Positions 1 through 10,717 of a DNA stretch of 64,000 nt are shown here, piece after piece. The translations under genes and the position numbers were made by a program. Position 1 is the first letter of the stretch; every line of letters begins with the position of its first letter. The DNA is from Candidatus Spongiisociaceae bacterium (GTDB lineage: Bacteria > Actinomycetota > Acidimicrobiia > Spongiisociales > Spongiisociaceae): NCBI GenBank assembly GCA_965262915.1, contig OZ253564.1, forward strand, positions 1,792,001-1,856,000, given 5' to 3'. Under the pieces are notes generated by a model that was not told the origin of the DNA, did not search any database, and saw only the letters and a list, made by a program, of their open reading frames with translations.

Positions 1-489
1 GGCTACAAGGGCGGACCCTGGCACCGCGGAGTCCGAGCCCATCCGACCGGCCATGTGGTGGAGGGCCGCTTTGTCTGTCCGATGGTGAAGGTCTTCTACT
101 GCCTGTCGGCTATCGGGCCGGGCGAGGGGGAGTTCGCGGTGGTTCCCGGCAGTCACCGGGCACAATTCGACGTCGACGGTGGCCCGGCCGACCGGGACGA
201 CGACCCCTTGCACCGCACGGCCGACGGGCGCATCGATCTCCCCGGCCAGAGGGTCTTCGACGACGTGGCGGCCGGTGACGTGATCGTTTTCAACGAGGCC
301 CTGCTCCACACGGGCCGTCCCAATCCCTCCCCGAAGACCCGCAAGACGGTCATCGTCAACTTCGGCCGCGAGGAAGCCGGTCCGTGGCCCGGCTACCGAC
401 CGCTACCGGCAACGTTGCAGAGTGTGACACCCCGCCAGGCTGCCATTCTCAGCACCGCCGACGGTCTGTGGGTCGAGCAAGCCTCATAG
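1..489 (+). CDS. Phytanoyl-CoA dioxygenase (PhyH)-family Fe(II)/2OG enzyme, 5'-truncated by window edge
   Basis: Frame open from base 1 (GYKGGPWHRG...); VVPGSH, GDVIVFNEALLHTG and terminal R..V motifs typical of the PhyH fold. Confidence 0.8.
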   Translation, partial: GYKGGPWHRGVRAHPTGHVVEGRFVCPMVKVFYCLSAIGPGEGEFAVVPGSHRAQFDVDGGPADRDDDPLHRTADGRIDLPGQRVFDDVAAGDVIVFNEALLHTGRPNPSPKTRKTVIVNFGREEAGPWPGYRPLPATLQSVTPRQAAILSTADGLWVEQAS

Positions 490-529
490 CCGCTCACACC
501 CTGTAGATCCCACCACTTTCCCCAGCGCC

Positions 530-635
530 GCTGAGAGAATGCCGACCAATGACGATTGCTCTTGGCCCGTTGTCCGATGACCGGCCACCAGGCATGATGA
601 GGGGCCGGGTAGGGGCCGGCGGCGACTCTCGCGCT
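530..635. repeat. Degenerate copy of ~105-bp MITE family B
   Basis: gaccaatgacgattgctcttggcccgttg resembles gaccaatgacgtttgctcctggcccatcg at ~51583; gagaatgccgacca is the reverse complement of the end sequence at ~51335. Confidence 0.5.
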
Positions 636-668
636 CTGATTCTGAGGGTGTGACTCGATCCGAACCTG

Positions 669-920
669 CTACCCGGACCCGAACGCTCCGGCGGCGCGCG
701 CCTCCTCGATCTGCCCGTCGTTGAGGTCTAGTACCTCCCGTAGCACCGCTTCGGTGTGGGCGCCCAGGGCCGGTGGTTGCTTCAGGGGGATCGGGGGCGT
801 GCCGTCGATGTGAACCGGGTTGCCAACCGTCGGGAGACGGTCGGAGCCCAGATCCACCAGTATGCCGTTGTGGATTACCTGGGGGTCAGCGACCACTGCT
901 TCGTAATCGGCTACCGGCGC
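669..920 (-). pseudogene. C-terminal remnant of a family III CoA-transferase (CaiB/BaiF)
   Basis: PVADYEAVVADPQV...PPALGAHTEAVLREVL is the characteristic CaiB C-terminus; no N-terminal part upstream. Confidence 0.75.
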
Positions 921-924
921 GCAG

Positions 925-1265
925 GACGGCCAAGCTGGTGGACGTCTTCCCGGACGGGCGCTCCTTACAACGTGTGCGACGGGATCCTCCGAGCCAGGTT
1001 CAGGAACTCCTTCGAGGCGCCCGTCGCGGTGACTCCCGGTGAACCCCACCACGTCGAGATCGATCTCGGACCCACCAGCCTGGTGTTCGGCCGCGGCCAC
1101 CGGATCCGCTTGCACGTGTCGTCCAGCAACTTCCCCGCTCATGCTCGAAACCTCAACACGGGTGGGGTGAACGCCGACGAGTTCGAGCCCGTCGTGGCGC
1201 ACCAGACCCTCCTCCACGATCCGGACCACCCGTCCCACCTGCGGCTGCCTGCGAGGTGGCGCTGA
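925..1265 (+). pseudogene. C-terminal remnant of a CocE/NonD hydrolase, frameshifted
   Basis: TAKLVDVFPDGRS continues as YNVCDGILRARFR...GHRIRLHVSSSNFP...NLNTG in another frame; one extra T at 965-966; N-terminal domains absent. Confidence 0.8.
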
Positions 1266-1491
1266 CGTGCCGGTGGCCGGCGGCCGGTGGTGATTCTCCG
1301 GGCCACCGGCTCGTGGCCTCACCTCGGACATTCCGGATCCTCGCGCGCTCGCGGAGTACGCGGTCGATGTCATGATCGAGAGGGTTTGAGAGGCCTCGTC
1401 CACCGCGACGCGGTCGAACCTCCCCGGTACCCGATCGACAAGTCTGAAGCAGCGGCGGGCGGATCGAAGTCTTCACGTCTACCATCCGGGC

Positions 1492-2643
1492 ATGCTCCGA
1501 TTCTTGACAGCAGGCGAGTCACACGGTCCCGGTCTGGTGACGATCGTCGAGGGTGTTCCGGCCGGGTTGACGGTCACCCGGGAGGGCTTTGGGGCCGAAT
1601 TGGCCCGCCGCAGGCTCGGGTACGGGCGCGGCGCCCGGATGAAGATCGAACAGGACAAGCTGGAGATCATGGGCGGGATCCGCCATGGGCGTACGCTCGG
1701 GTCGCCGGTGGCGGTAATCATCCGCAATACGGAGTGGCCCCGCTGGAAGGAGGAGATGTCGCCCGATCCGGGTACGCCCAAACGGCCAATGACCACGCCC
1801 CGTCCCGGACACGCCGACCTGGTGGGGATGCTCAAGTACGACACCAAGGACGCCCGCAACATCTTGGAGCGGGCTTCGGCGCGCGAGACAGCCGCGCGGA
1901 CCATCGCCGGCTACCTCGCCAAGCAATTGCTGGAGAGCATCGGCGTGACAGTGCTCAGTCACATAGTGGCTATCGGTAGGGCGATCTCGCCTTCTGAACG
2001 CCTCCCGACCATCGAGGACCTCCCGTCCATCGACTCCTCCGAGGTACGGGCTTTCGGTGCCGAGGCCGAAGCGGCCATGATCGCCGAGATCAAGCGGGCC
2101 AAGGCCGACCGGGACACGCTGGGGGGCGTCATGGAGGTGCTCGTGTACGGTCTGCCTCCCGGAGTCGGGTCCTACGTCCAGTGGGACCGGCGCCTGGATG
2201 CGAGGCTGGGGGAAGCTCTCATGTCGATCCAGGCGATGAAGGCCGTGGAGGTCGGTGACGGGCTGGAGAGTTCCCGCCGGCGGGGTTCCGAGGCCCACGA
2301 CCACATCTATTACGCAGATGGAGAGTTCTACCGCAACACCGACCGAGCGGGGGGAACCGAGGGCGGGATGACGACCGGCCAACCCCTGCGGGTCCGGGTG
2401 GCCATGAAGCCGCTCTCGACGGTGATGCGGCCCCTCCCCACTGTGAACGTGGTGACCAAGGAAGCCGAGGTCGCCTTCCGGGAGCGTTCCGACGTGTGCG
2501 CCGTGCCTGCCGCCGGGGTGGTGGCCGAGCAGATGGTGGCGATCGTGGTGACCCAGGAACTCCAGCGTAAGTTCGGGGGAGACACGGTGGACGATTTCGT
2601 GGTGAACGTCACCTCCTACCGGGCCCGGCTCCGGGCGTTCTAG
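1492..2643 (+). CDS. aroC: Chorismate synthase
   Basis: MLRFLTAGESHG, PRPGHAD, ERASARET, RSDVCAVP motifs. Confidence 0.98.
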   Translation: MLRFLTAGESHGPGLVTIVEGVPAGLTVTREGFGAELARRRLGYGRGARMKIEQDKLEIMGGIRHGRTLGSPVAVIIRNTEWPRWKEEMSPDPGTPKRPMTTPRPGHADLVGMLKYDTKDARNILERASARETAARTIAGYLAKQLLESIGVTVLSHIVAIGRAISPSERLPTIEDLPSIDSSEVRAFGAEAEAAMIAEIKRAKADRDTLGGVMEVLVYGLPPGVGSYVQWDRRLDARLGEALMSIQAMKAVEVGDGLESSRRRGSEAHDHIYYADGEFYRNTDRAGGTEGGMTTGQPLRVRVAMKPLSTVMRPLPTVNVVTKEAEVAFRERSDVCAVPAAGVVAEQMVAIVVTQELQRKFGGDTVDDFVVNVTSYRARLRAF

Positions 2644-2664
2644 CGCTCCCCTGACGGAGGGTCG

Positions 2665-4188
2665 ATGGGGAATCTCTGGCTCATCGGCATGATGGGCTCC
2701 GGAAAGACCACCGTGGGCAAGCGGGTGGCAAGGGTCCGCGGTATGCCATTCGCCGACGTGGATCAATTGGTGGAGGCGCGGACCGGGAAGCCGGTCATCG
2801 AGATCTTCCGCGAGGAAGGTGAAGGAGCCTACCGGCGGCTGGAGTCGGCCGAGATCGGACGCCTGGCGGCGGAGACGGCGGGACACGCCGGGGGTCGGGT
2901 GATCGCCACCGGCGGCGGAGCGGTGCTCGACGGCCGCAGCGTGGAGGCGATGCGCCGGACGGGCGTAGTGGTCTGGCTGGATGCTCCTCCGCCCTCGCTG
3001 GCGCGCCGGGTGGGGGAGGAACGGCCCCTGCTGGTCGGCTCGGATGTCTCCAACCGTCTGGCGGAGATCCTCGACCGCCGCCGCCCGTTGTACGGAACCG
3101 CGGCCCATTTCACCCTCGACGCCGACCGCCCCGCCGCCATGGTGAGCGATGATGCCTCCGGCTACGCCCGGGTGGCGGTGGGGAGTTCATCGGAGGTCCT
3201 GGTCGGGCCCGACCTGCCCGTACGGATACTTCCCGCCTCGACCGCACGCGAGCAGGCCGTGGTCATCGCCCAGCCGGGCGCCATGCCCGTAGCTCGCCGA
3301 ATCATGGCGAGGTTGGAGGCGGAGGCCTGCACGACGCTCATCGAAGTTCCCGATCGCGAGGAGGCCAAGACGCTCGCCACGCTGAGGATGCTCTACGACC
3401 GTCTGGCGGAGCTCAATCTCGGTCGCCATGACACCGTCGTCGGGGTCGGGGGAGGGGCCACCACGGATGTGGCCGGCTTCGCCGCCGCGACCTGGCTCAG
3501 AGGCATCGAGTGTGTCCTCGTTCCGACCACCCTGCTGGGAGCGGTGGACGCATCAATCGGAGGCAAGACCGGCATCAACGTACTCGGTAAGAACCTGGTG
3601 GGCGCCTTCTGGCATCCGGCCCGGGTGGTCATCAGCACCGACGTCCTGGCCGGGCTTCCCGAGGAGCTGCTGCGAGAGGGTTCCGCGGAAGCGGTCAAGG
3701 CCGGGTTCATCTCCGATCACCGGCTGGTCGACATCTTCATGGTGCACGGGCTGTCCTTCCCGATGGCCGAGGTGGTCAGGAGGGCGGTGACCGTCAAGGC
3801 CGCCGTGGTCTCGGGTGACTTCCGCGAGACGGGGAACAGGGCGATACTCAACTTCGGGCACACGATCGGCCACGGTGTGGAGGTGGTGTGCGGGCTGCCC
3901 CACGGCTACGCCGTCTCGGTGGGCATGGCGGCTGCGGCGGCCATCTCGGCGGAGCGGTACGGGCTCGACGCGAGCGTCGTTCTGGATGCTCTCGGGAGGC
4001 TCGGCCTGCCGACCCGGGTCGGGCAAGCCGACCGGGCCTCCGTGCGGCGGTTGATCTCGCGTGACAAGAAGCGCACCTCGGACGGACTGCGCATGGTCCT
4101 GCTGCGGCGGATCGGAGAACCCGTCGTGGAGTTGGTGGACGAGTCGGCCCTGGGAACCGGCCTCGACGCGGTCGGGGTGACCGGCTGA
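2665..4188 (+). CDS. aroKB: Bifunctional shikimate kinase / 3-dehydroquinate synthase
   Basis: N-terminal GMMGSGKTT P-loop and ATGGG; C-terminal GGGATTDVAGF, PTTLL, DASIGGKTGIN, LNFGHTIGH in one ORF. Confidence 0.95.
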   Translation: MGNLWLIGMMGSGKTTVGKRVARVRGMPFADVDQLVEARTGKPVIEIFREEGEGAYRRLESAEIGRLAAETAGHAGGRVIATGGGAVLDGRSVEAMRRTGVVVWLDAPPPSLARRVGEERPLLVGSDVSNRLAEILDRRRPLYGTAAHFTLDADRPAAMVSDDASGYARVAVGSSSEVLVGPDLPVRILPASTAREQAVVIAQPGAMPVARRIMARLEAEACTTLIEVPDREEAKTLATLRMLYDRLAELNLGRHDTVVGVGGGATTDVAGFAAATWLRGIECVLVPTTLLGAVDASIGGKTGINVLGKNLVGAFWHPARVVISTDVLAGLPEELLREGSAEAVKAGFISDHRLVDIFMVHGLSFPMAEVVRRAVTVKAAVVSGDFRETGNRAILNFGHTIGHGVEVVCGLPHGYAVSVGMAAAAAISAERYGLDASVVLDALGRLGLPTRVGQADRASVRRLISRDKKRTSDGLRMVLLRRIGEPVVELVDESALGTGLDAVGVTG

Positions 4189-4212
4189 CGGCCGCTGCTG
4201 TACAATCCGCCC

Positions 4213-4770
4213 ATGGTCTCCACCAACGATGTCAAGTCGGGAATGGCGCTGGATCTACCGGACGGGCTGTTCCAGATCATCGAACACCAGCATGTGAAAC
4301 CCGGCAAGGGCAGGGCCTTCGTCCGGATGAAGCTCAAGAACCTGATGTCCGGGGCGGTGGTCGACCGTACCTTCCGCGCCGACGAGCACGTACCGCAGGC
4401 CATCATCGACCGGCGGGACCACCAGTACCTCTACCGGGACCACTTCGGCTACCACTTCATGAACCTGGAGACCTATGCGCAGTTCGCGCTGTCGGAGGAG
4501 GAGGTCGGGGAGGCGCGGCGCTACATCACCGAGGGTTCCACCGTGATGCTCCCCCTCTACCGTGACCATCCCATCGGCGTTGAGCTGGCGGCTTCGGTCC
4601 GGCTCGAGGTCACGGGCGCCGAGCCTGCGGTCAGGGGCGACCGCGTCTCGGGTGCAACCAAGCCGGTGACGCTTGAGACCGGCCTGGTCGTTCAGGCGCC
4701 GCTCTTCATAGAAGCCGGTGACACCATCAAGGTCGACACCCGTTCCGGTACGTACATCTCCCGCGCCTGA
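4213..4770 (+). CDS. efp: Elongation factor P
   Basis: HVKPGKG loop; LETG and DTRSG..YISR C-terminus. Confidence 0.98.
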   Translation: MVSTNDVKSGMALDLPDGLFQIIEHQHVKPGKGRAFVRMKLKNLMSGAVVDRTFRADEHVPQAIIDRRDHQYLYRDHFGYHFMNLETYAQFALSEEEVGEARRYITEGSTVMLPLYRDHPIGVELAASVRLEVTGAEPAVRGDRVSGATKPVTLETGLVVQAPLFIEAGDTIKVDTRSGTYISRA

Positions 4771-4800
4771 CGGGGCCGGAATGTCGCCGGGTCTCCGCAC

Positions 4801-5190
4801 ATGACCGTTCGTGAGCCGCGGACTCGGGCCCTCGAAGCTCTTTACCAGGCCGACCTGCGCGAGCTTGCGGAACCGGCCGAGGGCTTGGGTGGCCGCGCCC
4901 GACGTTACGTGGAGGGCGTTTGGAAGGACCGCGAGCACTTGGACCGCCGGCTCGAATCCGTATCGGAGCGCTGGCCGGTACGTCGCATGCCCGCGGTGGA
5001 TCGGGCAATCCTGCGCCTGGGTCTGTACGAACTCCTCTACGAGCCGACCCCGACCGCGGTGGTGATCGACGAGGCGGTGGAACTCGCCAAGCGGTACTCC
5101 ACGAGGCGCAGCGGCGCCTTCGTCAACGGGATCCTGGCCACCCTGGCAGCGCAGGCCCGGCCGGACGATTTTCCTTCCAAGGAAGCGTGA
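4801..5190 (+). CDS. nusB: Transcription antitermination factor NusB
   Basis: DRAILRLG, IDEAVELAKRYS, FVNGIL; follows efp. Confidence 0.95.
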   Translation: MTVREPRTRALEALYQADLRELAEPAEGLGGRARRYVEGVWKDREHLDRRLESVSERWPVRRMPAVDRAILRLGLYELLYEPTPTAVVIDEAVELAKRYSTRRSGAFVNGILATLAAQARPDDFPSKEA

Positions 5191-5306
5191 GCTCATGGGC
5201 CGCTGCGTGTAGCAACGCCCAACCGGATAGCTCACGTTCCATCCCAAGATGCTATCCTAGATTCGAGTAAGGCAGGGTAAATGAAGCTCCCGACTATCCG
5301 AACCCT

Positions 5307-5939
5307 ATGACTGTGTCTGAGTCTTCTGACCCAGGAGGCTTCGAAGGTACGGCCTATCCTCAGCCAGCCCGGCTAGGTAGGCGGCTACTGGCTCGAATCA
5401 TCGACTGGATATCGTATTCGATAGTTGGTTTTTGTCTCGTGTTATCTTCGACTATATGGCTGGGTTTATTGACAGGTTTTGTCGGTATGGGTGGTTGGGA
5501 TACAAAACCTGGCGTTGCGTTGATCTGGATCGAGAATCTTACACTACCTGACTCTGTACGGTTGGTGCCGGTCTATTTCTCATACTTGATTGTTGTCAGC
5601 GGCTTGGCGGTGGTATTCCTTTACGAACTACCGCTCACCGCCGTTCGAGGGCAGACGGTCGGGAAGATGCTGACCGATGTCAGAGTAGCCCGTGTCGAGG
5701 ATGAAGGTACTCCCGGATGGGGACCATCTTGTATCAGGTGGGCGGTGCTCTACATTCCTCTGTTGGTCCCTTTCGGACCGCTACTAACTGTTCTGGTGGC
5801 TATTTCACCGATATTCGATGCTAGTCGTCGAGGATGGCACGATAAGATCGCCGGTACGATCGTTGTTGATAGATCTTCAAGGCAAGGCCGAGGAGCTCTG
5901 AACGGAGCCGGGGACCGAGAGGTAGCTGATCTTGTCTAA
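5307..5939 (+). CDS. RDD-family membrane protein (copy 1)
   Basis: RRLLARIID, GQTVGK, RRGWHDKIAGT motifs; hydrophobic segments. Confidence 0.9.
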   Translation: MTVSESSDPGGFEGTAYPQPARLGRRLLARIIDWISYSIVGFCLVLSSTIWLGLLTGFVGMGGWDTKPGVALIWIENLTLPDSVRLVPVYFSYLIVVSGLAVVFLYELPLTAVRGQTVGKMLTDVRVARVEDEGTPGWGPSCIRWAVLYIPLLVPFGPLLTVLVAISPIFDASRRGWHDKIAGTIVVDRSSRQGRGALNGAGDREVADLV

Positions 5940-6594
5940 GTCTTCTGGTTGCGAGGAGTTGTCGGATAGTAGTCGCTGTCCTACGGCCGGTTTGTGTAGG
6001 CGGCTACTGGCCCGATTCATCGACTGGATAGTATACGGAATATTAGGCTTTGGCCTCACATACTCATTAGTAATGGGGCTGGTATACGCCGGACCAGCGT
6101 ATACCGGTATGGGTAGCTGGAATGCAGATCGTTTAGGTACGACCATTATGATAGCAACGGACTTCAGCGGGATAGACACTTGGAAGTACAAGTTCCCGAG
6201 ATATATCATGATCGAAAACGTCGATATGTACGGTTTTCTCAATGGCTGGGTCCTCTTTTTCTTCTGGTACTTGATCCTTATTGTCGGTTTCCTGGCGATC
6301 TCTATCTACGAGCTGCCGCTGACGGCGGTTCGGGGACAGACGGTGGGGAAGATGCTGACCAACGTCAGAGTGGTGAGCGTGGAGGATGGTGGTGTTCCGG
6401 GGTGGGGGCGGTCCTGCGTGAGGTGGGCGGTGCTCTACCTGCCCCTACTGGTTCCTTTCGGGGTGCTGTTCACCCTTCTCGCGGGTGTTTCGCCACGGTT
6501 CGACGTCCGTCGCCGCGGGTGGCACGACAAGGTGGCCGGGACGATGGTCGTTCAGGTAACCCAGGAATCTGCTACCGTCCCCCGAAACCTTTAA
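5932..6594 (+). CDS. RDD-family membrane protein (copy 2)
   Basis: RRLLARFID, GQTVGK, RRGWHDKVAGT; clear paralog of copy 1. Confidence 0.9.
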   Translation: MSKSSGCEELSDSSRCPTAGLCRRLLARFIDWIVYGILGFGLTYSLVMGLVYAGPAYTGMGSWNADRLGTTIMIATDFSGIDTWKYKFPRYIMIENVDMYGFLNGWVLFFFWYLILIVGFLAISIYELPLTAVRGQTVGKMLTNVRVVSVEDGGVPGWGRSCVRWAVLYLPLLVPFGVLFTLLAGVSPRFDVRRRGWHDKVAGTMVVQVTQESATVPRNL

Positions 6595-6620
6595 TCCGGT
6601 CCGGTGAGGCCGGGAAGGAG
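6588..6620 (+). promoter_or_regulatory. PyrR-binding RNA element
   Basis: CCTTTAAtccgGTCCGGTGAGGCCGGGAAGGAG fits the PyrR loop pattern (CUUUAA..RUCC.NGNGAGGY..AAGG), directly upstream of the pyr operon; TGcTACCGT extended -10 at ~6570-6578. Confidence 0.8.
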
Positions 6621-6730
6621 AACCGCATGCGCCTCCTCGAAGCGCCGAGGTCGGGGTACGACAGCCCCGCCCGGTGCCGCCCACCGCTTCCCCCCCGCCG
6701 CTCCGGTGGTCGCGCGCCCGGGAGGATTCC

Positions 6731-7306
6731 ATGCCGCTCGTGATGGCTGCGACCGATGTGAGGAGATCGGTGAGGAGGATGGCCCACGAGATCGTCGAAG
6801 GATCCAGGGGCGCCCTCCCGGTGCTGGTCGGGATACATACCAGGGGGGTACCGCTCGCCCGCCGTATCGCTTCTGCCATCACGAGTTTCGGCGGATCGCG
6901 GGTGCCGGTCGGAACTCTCGACATCGGCTTGCACCGGGACGACCTGGCCCGGCGGCCCACCGCCCCGCTGGCCGCTACCCGCCTGCCGGTGGACATCACC
7001 GACCGGACCGTGGTGCTGGTGGACGATGTTCTCTACACGGGCCGCACCGTCCGGGCGGCCCTCGATGCCCTCAACGACTTCGGCCGTCCGGCCCTGGTGA
7101 GGCTGGCGGTGCTGGTGGACAGGGGCCACCGGCAACTCCCCATCCGGCCCGACCATGTGGGCAAGAACCTGCCCACCTCTCCCATGGAGAGGGTCTCGGT
7201 GCGCCTGTCCGAAGTCGACGGAGGCGAGGACGGGGTCTGGATCCACACCGGACCGCGGCCGTCGGGTGGGCGTGCGGGCGGCGGAAGGAAGGAGGTCCGG
7301 ATATGA
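6731..7306 (+). CDS. pyrR: Pyrimidine regulator / uracil phosphoribosyltransferase PyrR
   Basis: [33 protein letters not shown]; GGAGG at 6721. Confidence 0.96.
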   Translation: MPLVMAATDVRRSVRRMAHEIVEGSRGALPVLVGIHTRGVPLARRIASAITSFGGSRVPVGTLDIGLHRDDLARRPTAPLAATRLPVDITDRTVVLVDDVLYTGRTVRAALDALNDFGRPALVRLAVLVDRGHRQLPIRPDHVGKNLPTSPMERVSVRLSEVDGGEDGVWIHTGPRPSGGRAGGGRKEVRI

Positions 7307-8211
7307 GTTTTCTAACTACCAGGGGCGTTCCCCGGAGGGACCTCGAGGAGATGCTCGACCTTGCGGACGAGTTCAACGAGGTGCTGGCCCGGCCCATCCC
7401 CAAGGTACCGGCCCTCCAGGGCAAGCTGGTGGCCAACCTGTTCTTCGAGAACTCGACCCGGACGCGACTGTCGTTCGAACGCGCCACCCGGGCTCTGTCG
7501 GCCGACGTCATGAGTTTCAGCGTGGGGTCTTCGTCCGTGGCGAAGGGCGAGAGCCTCAAGGACACCGCCCTAACCGTCGAGGCATTGGGCGCCGATCTGA
7601 TGGTGGTGCGCCACAAGGCCACCGGGGCGCCGTGGCGGATCGCCGGATGGACCGACTGCCCGGTCATCAACGCCGGTGACGGCGCCCACCAGCATCCCAC
7701 CCAGGCGATGCTGGACGCGCTCACACTAAGACAGCGGTTCGGCCATCTCGACGGGCTCCGGGTGGCCATAGTCGGCGACATCCGCCACTCGCGGGTTGCC
7801 CGCTCCAACGTCTTCGCCTTCACCACACTGGGTGCCCGGGTGGTCCTGGTAGCACCGCGGACCCTGCAGCCGGTGGTCACGGAGGGTTGGCCGGCGGACA
7901 CCGCCGACGACTTGGACGAGGTGCTGGGGGAAGTGGACGTGGTGTACCTGCTCCGCATCCAGGCGGAGCGAGGCGGCTTGTCGCTGTTCCCGTCCCTGCC
8001 CGAGTACGTGTCCCGCTACGGGATGACCCGGGAACGGTTCGACCGGCTGTCGCCCGAGGCGGTGGTGCTCCACCCGGGGCCGATGAACCGGGGTGTGGAG
8101 ATCGCCGATGCGGTGGCCGCTCATCCACGGGCCCTGATCCTCAACCAGGTCGCCAACGGCGTTGCCGTGCGGATGGCGGTGCTGTTCCGCCTGCTGGGCG
8201 GTAAGGGATGA
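7303..8211 (+). CDS. pyrB: Aspartate carbamoyltransferase catalytic subunit
   Basis: [28 protein letters not shown]; ATGA overlap with pyrR stop. Confidence 0.97.
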   Translation: MSFLTTRGVPRRDLEEMLDLADEFNEVLARPIPKVPALQGKLVANLFFENSTRTRLSFERATRALSADVMSFSVGSSSVAKGESLKDTALTVEALGADLMVVRHKATGAPWRIAGWTDCPVINAGDGAHQHPTQAMLDALTLRQRFGHLDGLRVAIVGDIRHSRVARSNVFAFTTLGARVVLVAPRTLQPVVTEGWPADTADDLDEVLGEVDVVYLLRIQAERGGLSLFPSLPEYVSRYGMTRERFDRLSPEAVVLHPGPMNRGVEIADAVAAHPRALILNQVANGVAVRMAVLFRLLGGKG

Positions 8212-9554
8212 GCGCCATCCTGGTGGCCGGTGGCACGGTCCTCACCCCTTCGGGCGAGGTGCGGGCCGACGTGCGCCTGTCCGGTGATCGGGTGGTCGAG
8301 GTCGGTCCCGATCTGGCGCGCAACGGTACGGGCGCCGGCCATCGGGCCGACGACGAGGTCATCGACATCTCCGGTCGCGTGGTGGGTCCAGGGTTTGTCG
8401 ATCTCCACGCCCATCTGCGCGAGCCGGGCCAGGAGTGGAAAGAGGACATCACCTCGGGCTCGGCGGCGGCCGCCGCCGGCGGATTCACCGCGGTCGTAGC
8501 CATGCCCAACACCGATCCGCCGACCGACTCCGGGCATCTGGCCCGCTACATATCGGAGCGGGGAAGGCAGGTCGGCCTGGTGGAGGTGGCCCCGGCGGGA
8601 TGCATGACCGCCCGGATGGAAGGTTCCCGCCTCTCGCATCTCGACGAACTGTTCGCCGCCGGAGTGCGGGTGTTCACCGACGACGGCCTTACGGTGACCG
8701 ATGCGGGTTTGTTGCGAAGAGCCATGGAGTACCTCGAGTCCCGCGGAGGGGTGATCGCCCAGCATGCCGAGGACCCGGGGCTCAGCCGGGACGGCCACAT
8801 GCACGAGGGGGAGGTGTCCTCCCTGCTCGGGATGGCCGGGATCCCAGCCATCGCCGAGACAACTGTGGTGGCTCGCGATCTGGACTTGGCCGCACTCACC
8901 GGCGCCTCGTACCACGCGCAACACGTGAGCTGCGCGCAGACGGTCGAGTTGATCCGCGCCGCCAAGGAGAGAGGGGTGGCTGTGACCGCCGAGGTGACCC
9001 CCCACCATCTCTGGTTCTCCGAACGGCACGTGCTGTCGATGGACCCGGTGTTCAAGATGTACCCGCCGCTGCGTACCCCCTCGGATATCGAAGCCCTCGC
9101 CGACGGGCTGCGGGAAGGCGCGATCGATGCGGTGGCCACCGACCACGCCCCCCACGCCGCCCACGAGAAGGACGTTCCTTTCGAAGAGGCGCCGAAGGGG
9201 GTCATCGGGCTGGAGACCGCCTTCGCCGCGGTCCGCTCGGCGCTCGATCCGGACCCGCGCCTGCTGTTCCGGCGGATGTCGGTCGCCCCGGCCGCCATAG
9301 CCTCCCTCGAACGTCACGGTCGCTGGATAGAACCCGGAATCCCCGCCAATCTGGTGGTGGTCGATTGGGAAGAGGAGTGGGAACCACAGCGCTTCGTGTC
9401 GAAGTCGGCCAATTCGCTGTTCGCCGGGGTGCCGCTCACCGGGAGGGTCTGTTACACGTTCTACGAGGGCCGGGTCACCCACGACGGTGGTGCAAGGGCG
9501 GCGGGACTCGCCCACCGGGTCGGGACGGTAGCGATGACGGGGGGTGCCCCTTGA
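8208..9554 (+). CDS. pyrC: Dihydroorotase
   Basis: [21 protein letters not shown]. Confidence 0.96.
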   Translation: MSAILVAGGTVLTPSGEVRADVRLSGDRVVEVGPDLARNGTGAGHRADDEVIDISGRVVGPGFVDLHAHLREPGQEWKEDITSGSAAAAAGGFTAVVAMPNTDPPTDSGHLARYISERGRQVGLVEVAPAGCMTARMEGSRLSHLDELFAAGVRVFTDDGLTVTDAGLLRRAMEYLESRGGVIAQHAEDPGLSRDGHMHEGEVSSLLGMAGIPAIAETTVVARDLDLAALTGASYHAQHVSCAQTVELIRAAKERGVAVTAEVTPHHLWFSERHVLSMDPVFKMYPPLRTPSDIEALADGLREGAIDAVATDHAPHAAHEKDVPFEEAPKGVIGLETAFAAVRSALDPDPRLLFRRMSVAPAAIASLERHGRWIEPGIPANLVVVDWEEEWEPQRFVSKSANSLFAGVPLTGRVCYTFYEGRVTHDGGARAAGLAHRVGTVAMTGGAP

Positions 9555-10717
9555 GGAAGGGGATCCTGGTCACCGCCGACGGGGAGGTCTTCGAGGGCCG
9601 GTCGGTGGGCGCCGACGGAATCCGGGTCGGGGAGGCGGTGTTCAACACCTCGATGACCGGTTACCAGGAGGTTCTCTCGGACCCCTCCTATGCCGGGCAG
9701 GTGGTGGTGATGACCTCTCCCCACATCGGCAACTACGGCGTGAGCGACCACGACGATCAGGCAACGGCCCCGGCGGCCCGCGGGCTGATCGTGCGATCCC
9801 TGTCCCGCAGCCATTCCAACTGGCGGGCCGAGGGCAGCCTGGCCGCCTACCTGGTGTCCCATGACCTGGTCGCCGTCGCCGATCTGGACACCCGGCGCCT
9901 TACCCGCCACCTCCGCGACAACGGGGCCATGCCGGTGGCTGTCGGCACCGATACAGACGTTGGGGAACTGTCCGAGCTGGCGGCCTCGGCGCCCCGCATG
10001 GAGGGGCAGGATCTGGCGACCGGGGTGACCACGCCCGTTCCATACCGGATCGATCCCGGAATAGCGCCGGTAGGGCGGGTAGTGGCCGTGGACCTGGGTA
10101 TGAAGCGCGACATCGGCCGCCAACTGGCCGCCAGGGGCCTCGAGGTGCACGTCCTACCGGCCACATGCAGTGCGGACCACATACTCGAGCGGGGTCCCGA
10201 CGGCATATTCCTCTCCAACGGTCCCGGGGACCCCGACGCGCTGACCGATCAGATCGCCGCGGTGCGCGGTGTTCTGGGCAGGGCACCGGTGTTCGGAATC
10301 TGCCTGGGCCACCAGGTCCTCGGCCTGGCGCTGGGCGCGGCCACCTTCAAGCTTCCGTTCGGCCATCACGGCGGCAACCACCCGGTAAGGCGCTTGGCGG
10401 ACGGGCGGGTGGAGATCACAGCCCAGAACCATGGCTTTGCGGTCGATCTGTGGTCCTTGACCGATCGCGAGCCGCCGGTCGCAACCGGCCTGGCCGGTCC
10501 CGAACTCCTGCCCGGGCGGGTGACCGGTGATTTCGGCGAGATGGCCCCCTCCCACCAGAACCTCAACGATGGGACGCTCGAAGGGCTGCGGTGCCTGGAC
10601 ATCCCGGCCTTCTCCGTCCAGTACCACCCCGAGGCAGCCCCCGGACCCCACGACGCCATGGGCCTGTTCGACGACTTCATGGAACTGATGGGGCTAGCCA
10701 CTCCCGGTGCTCCGTGA
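9551..10717 (+). CDS. carA: Carbamoyl-phosphate synthase small subunit
   Basis: [30 protein letters not shown]; TTG start overlapping pyrC stop. Confidence 0.96.
   Translation: MRKGILVTADGEVFEGRSVGADGIRVGEAVFNTSMTGYQEVLSDPSYAGQVVVMTSPHIGNYGVSDHDDQATAPAARGLIVRSLSRSHSNWRAEGSLAAYLVSHDLVAVADLDTRRLTRHLRDNGAMPVAVGTDTDVGELSELAASAPRMEGQDLATGVTTPVPYRIDPGIAPVGRVVAVDLGMKRDIGRQLAARGLEVHVLPATCSADHILERGPDGIFLSNGPGDPDALTDQIAAVRGVLGRAPVFGICLGHQVLGLALGAATFKLPFGHHGGNHPVRRLADGRVEITAQNHGFAVDLWSLTDREPPVATGLAGPELLPGRVTGDFGEMAPSHQNLNDGTLEGLRCLDIPAFSVQYHPEAAPGPHDAMGLFDDFMELMGLATPGAP

Noticed and set aside
2665-4188. aroK-aroB fusion as a novelty
   Set aside because: Such fusions are already known in several bacterial lineages
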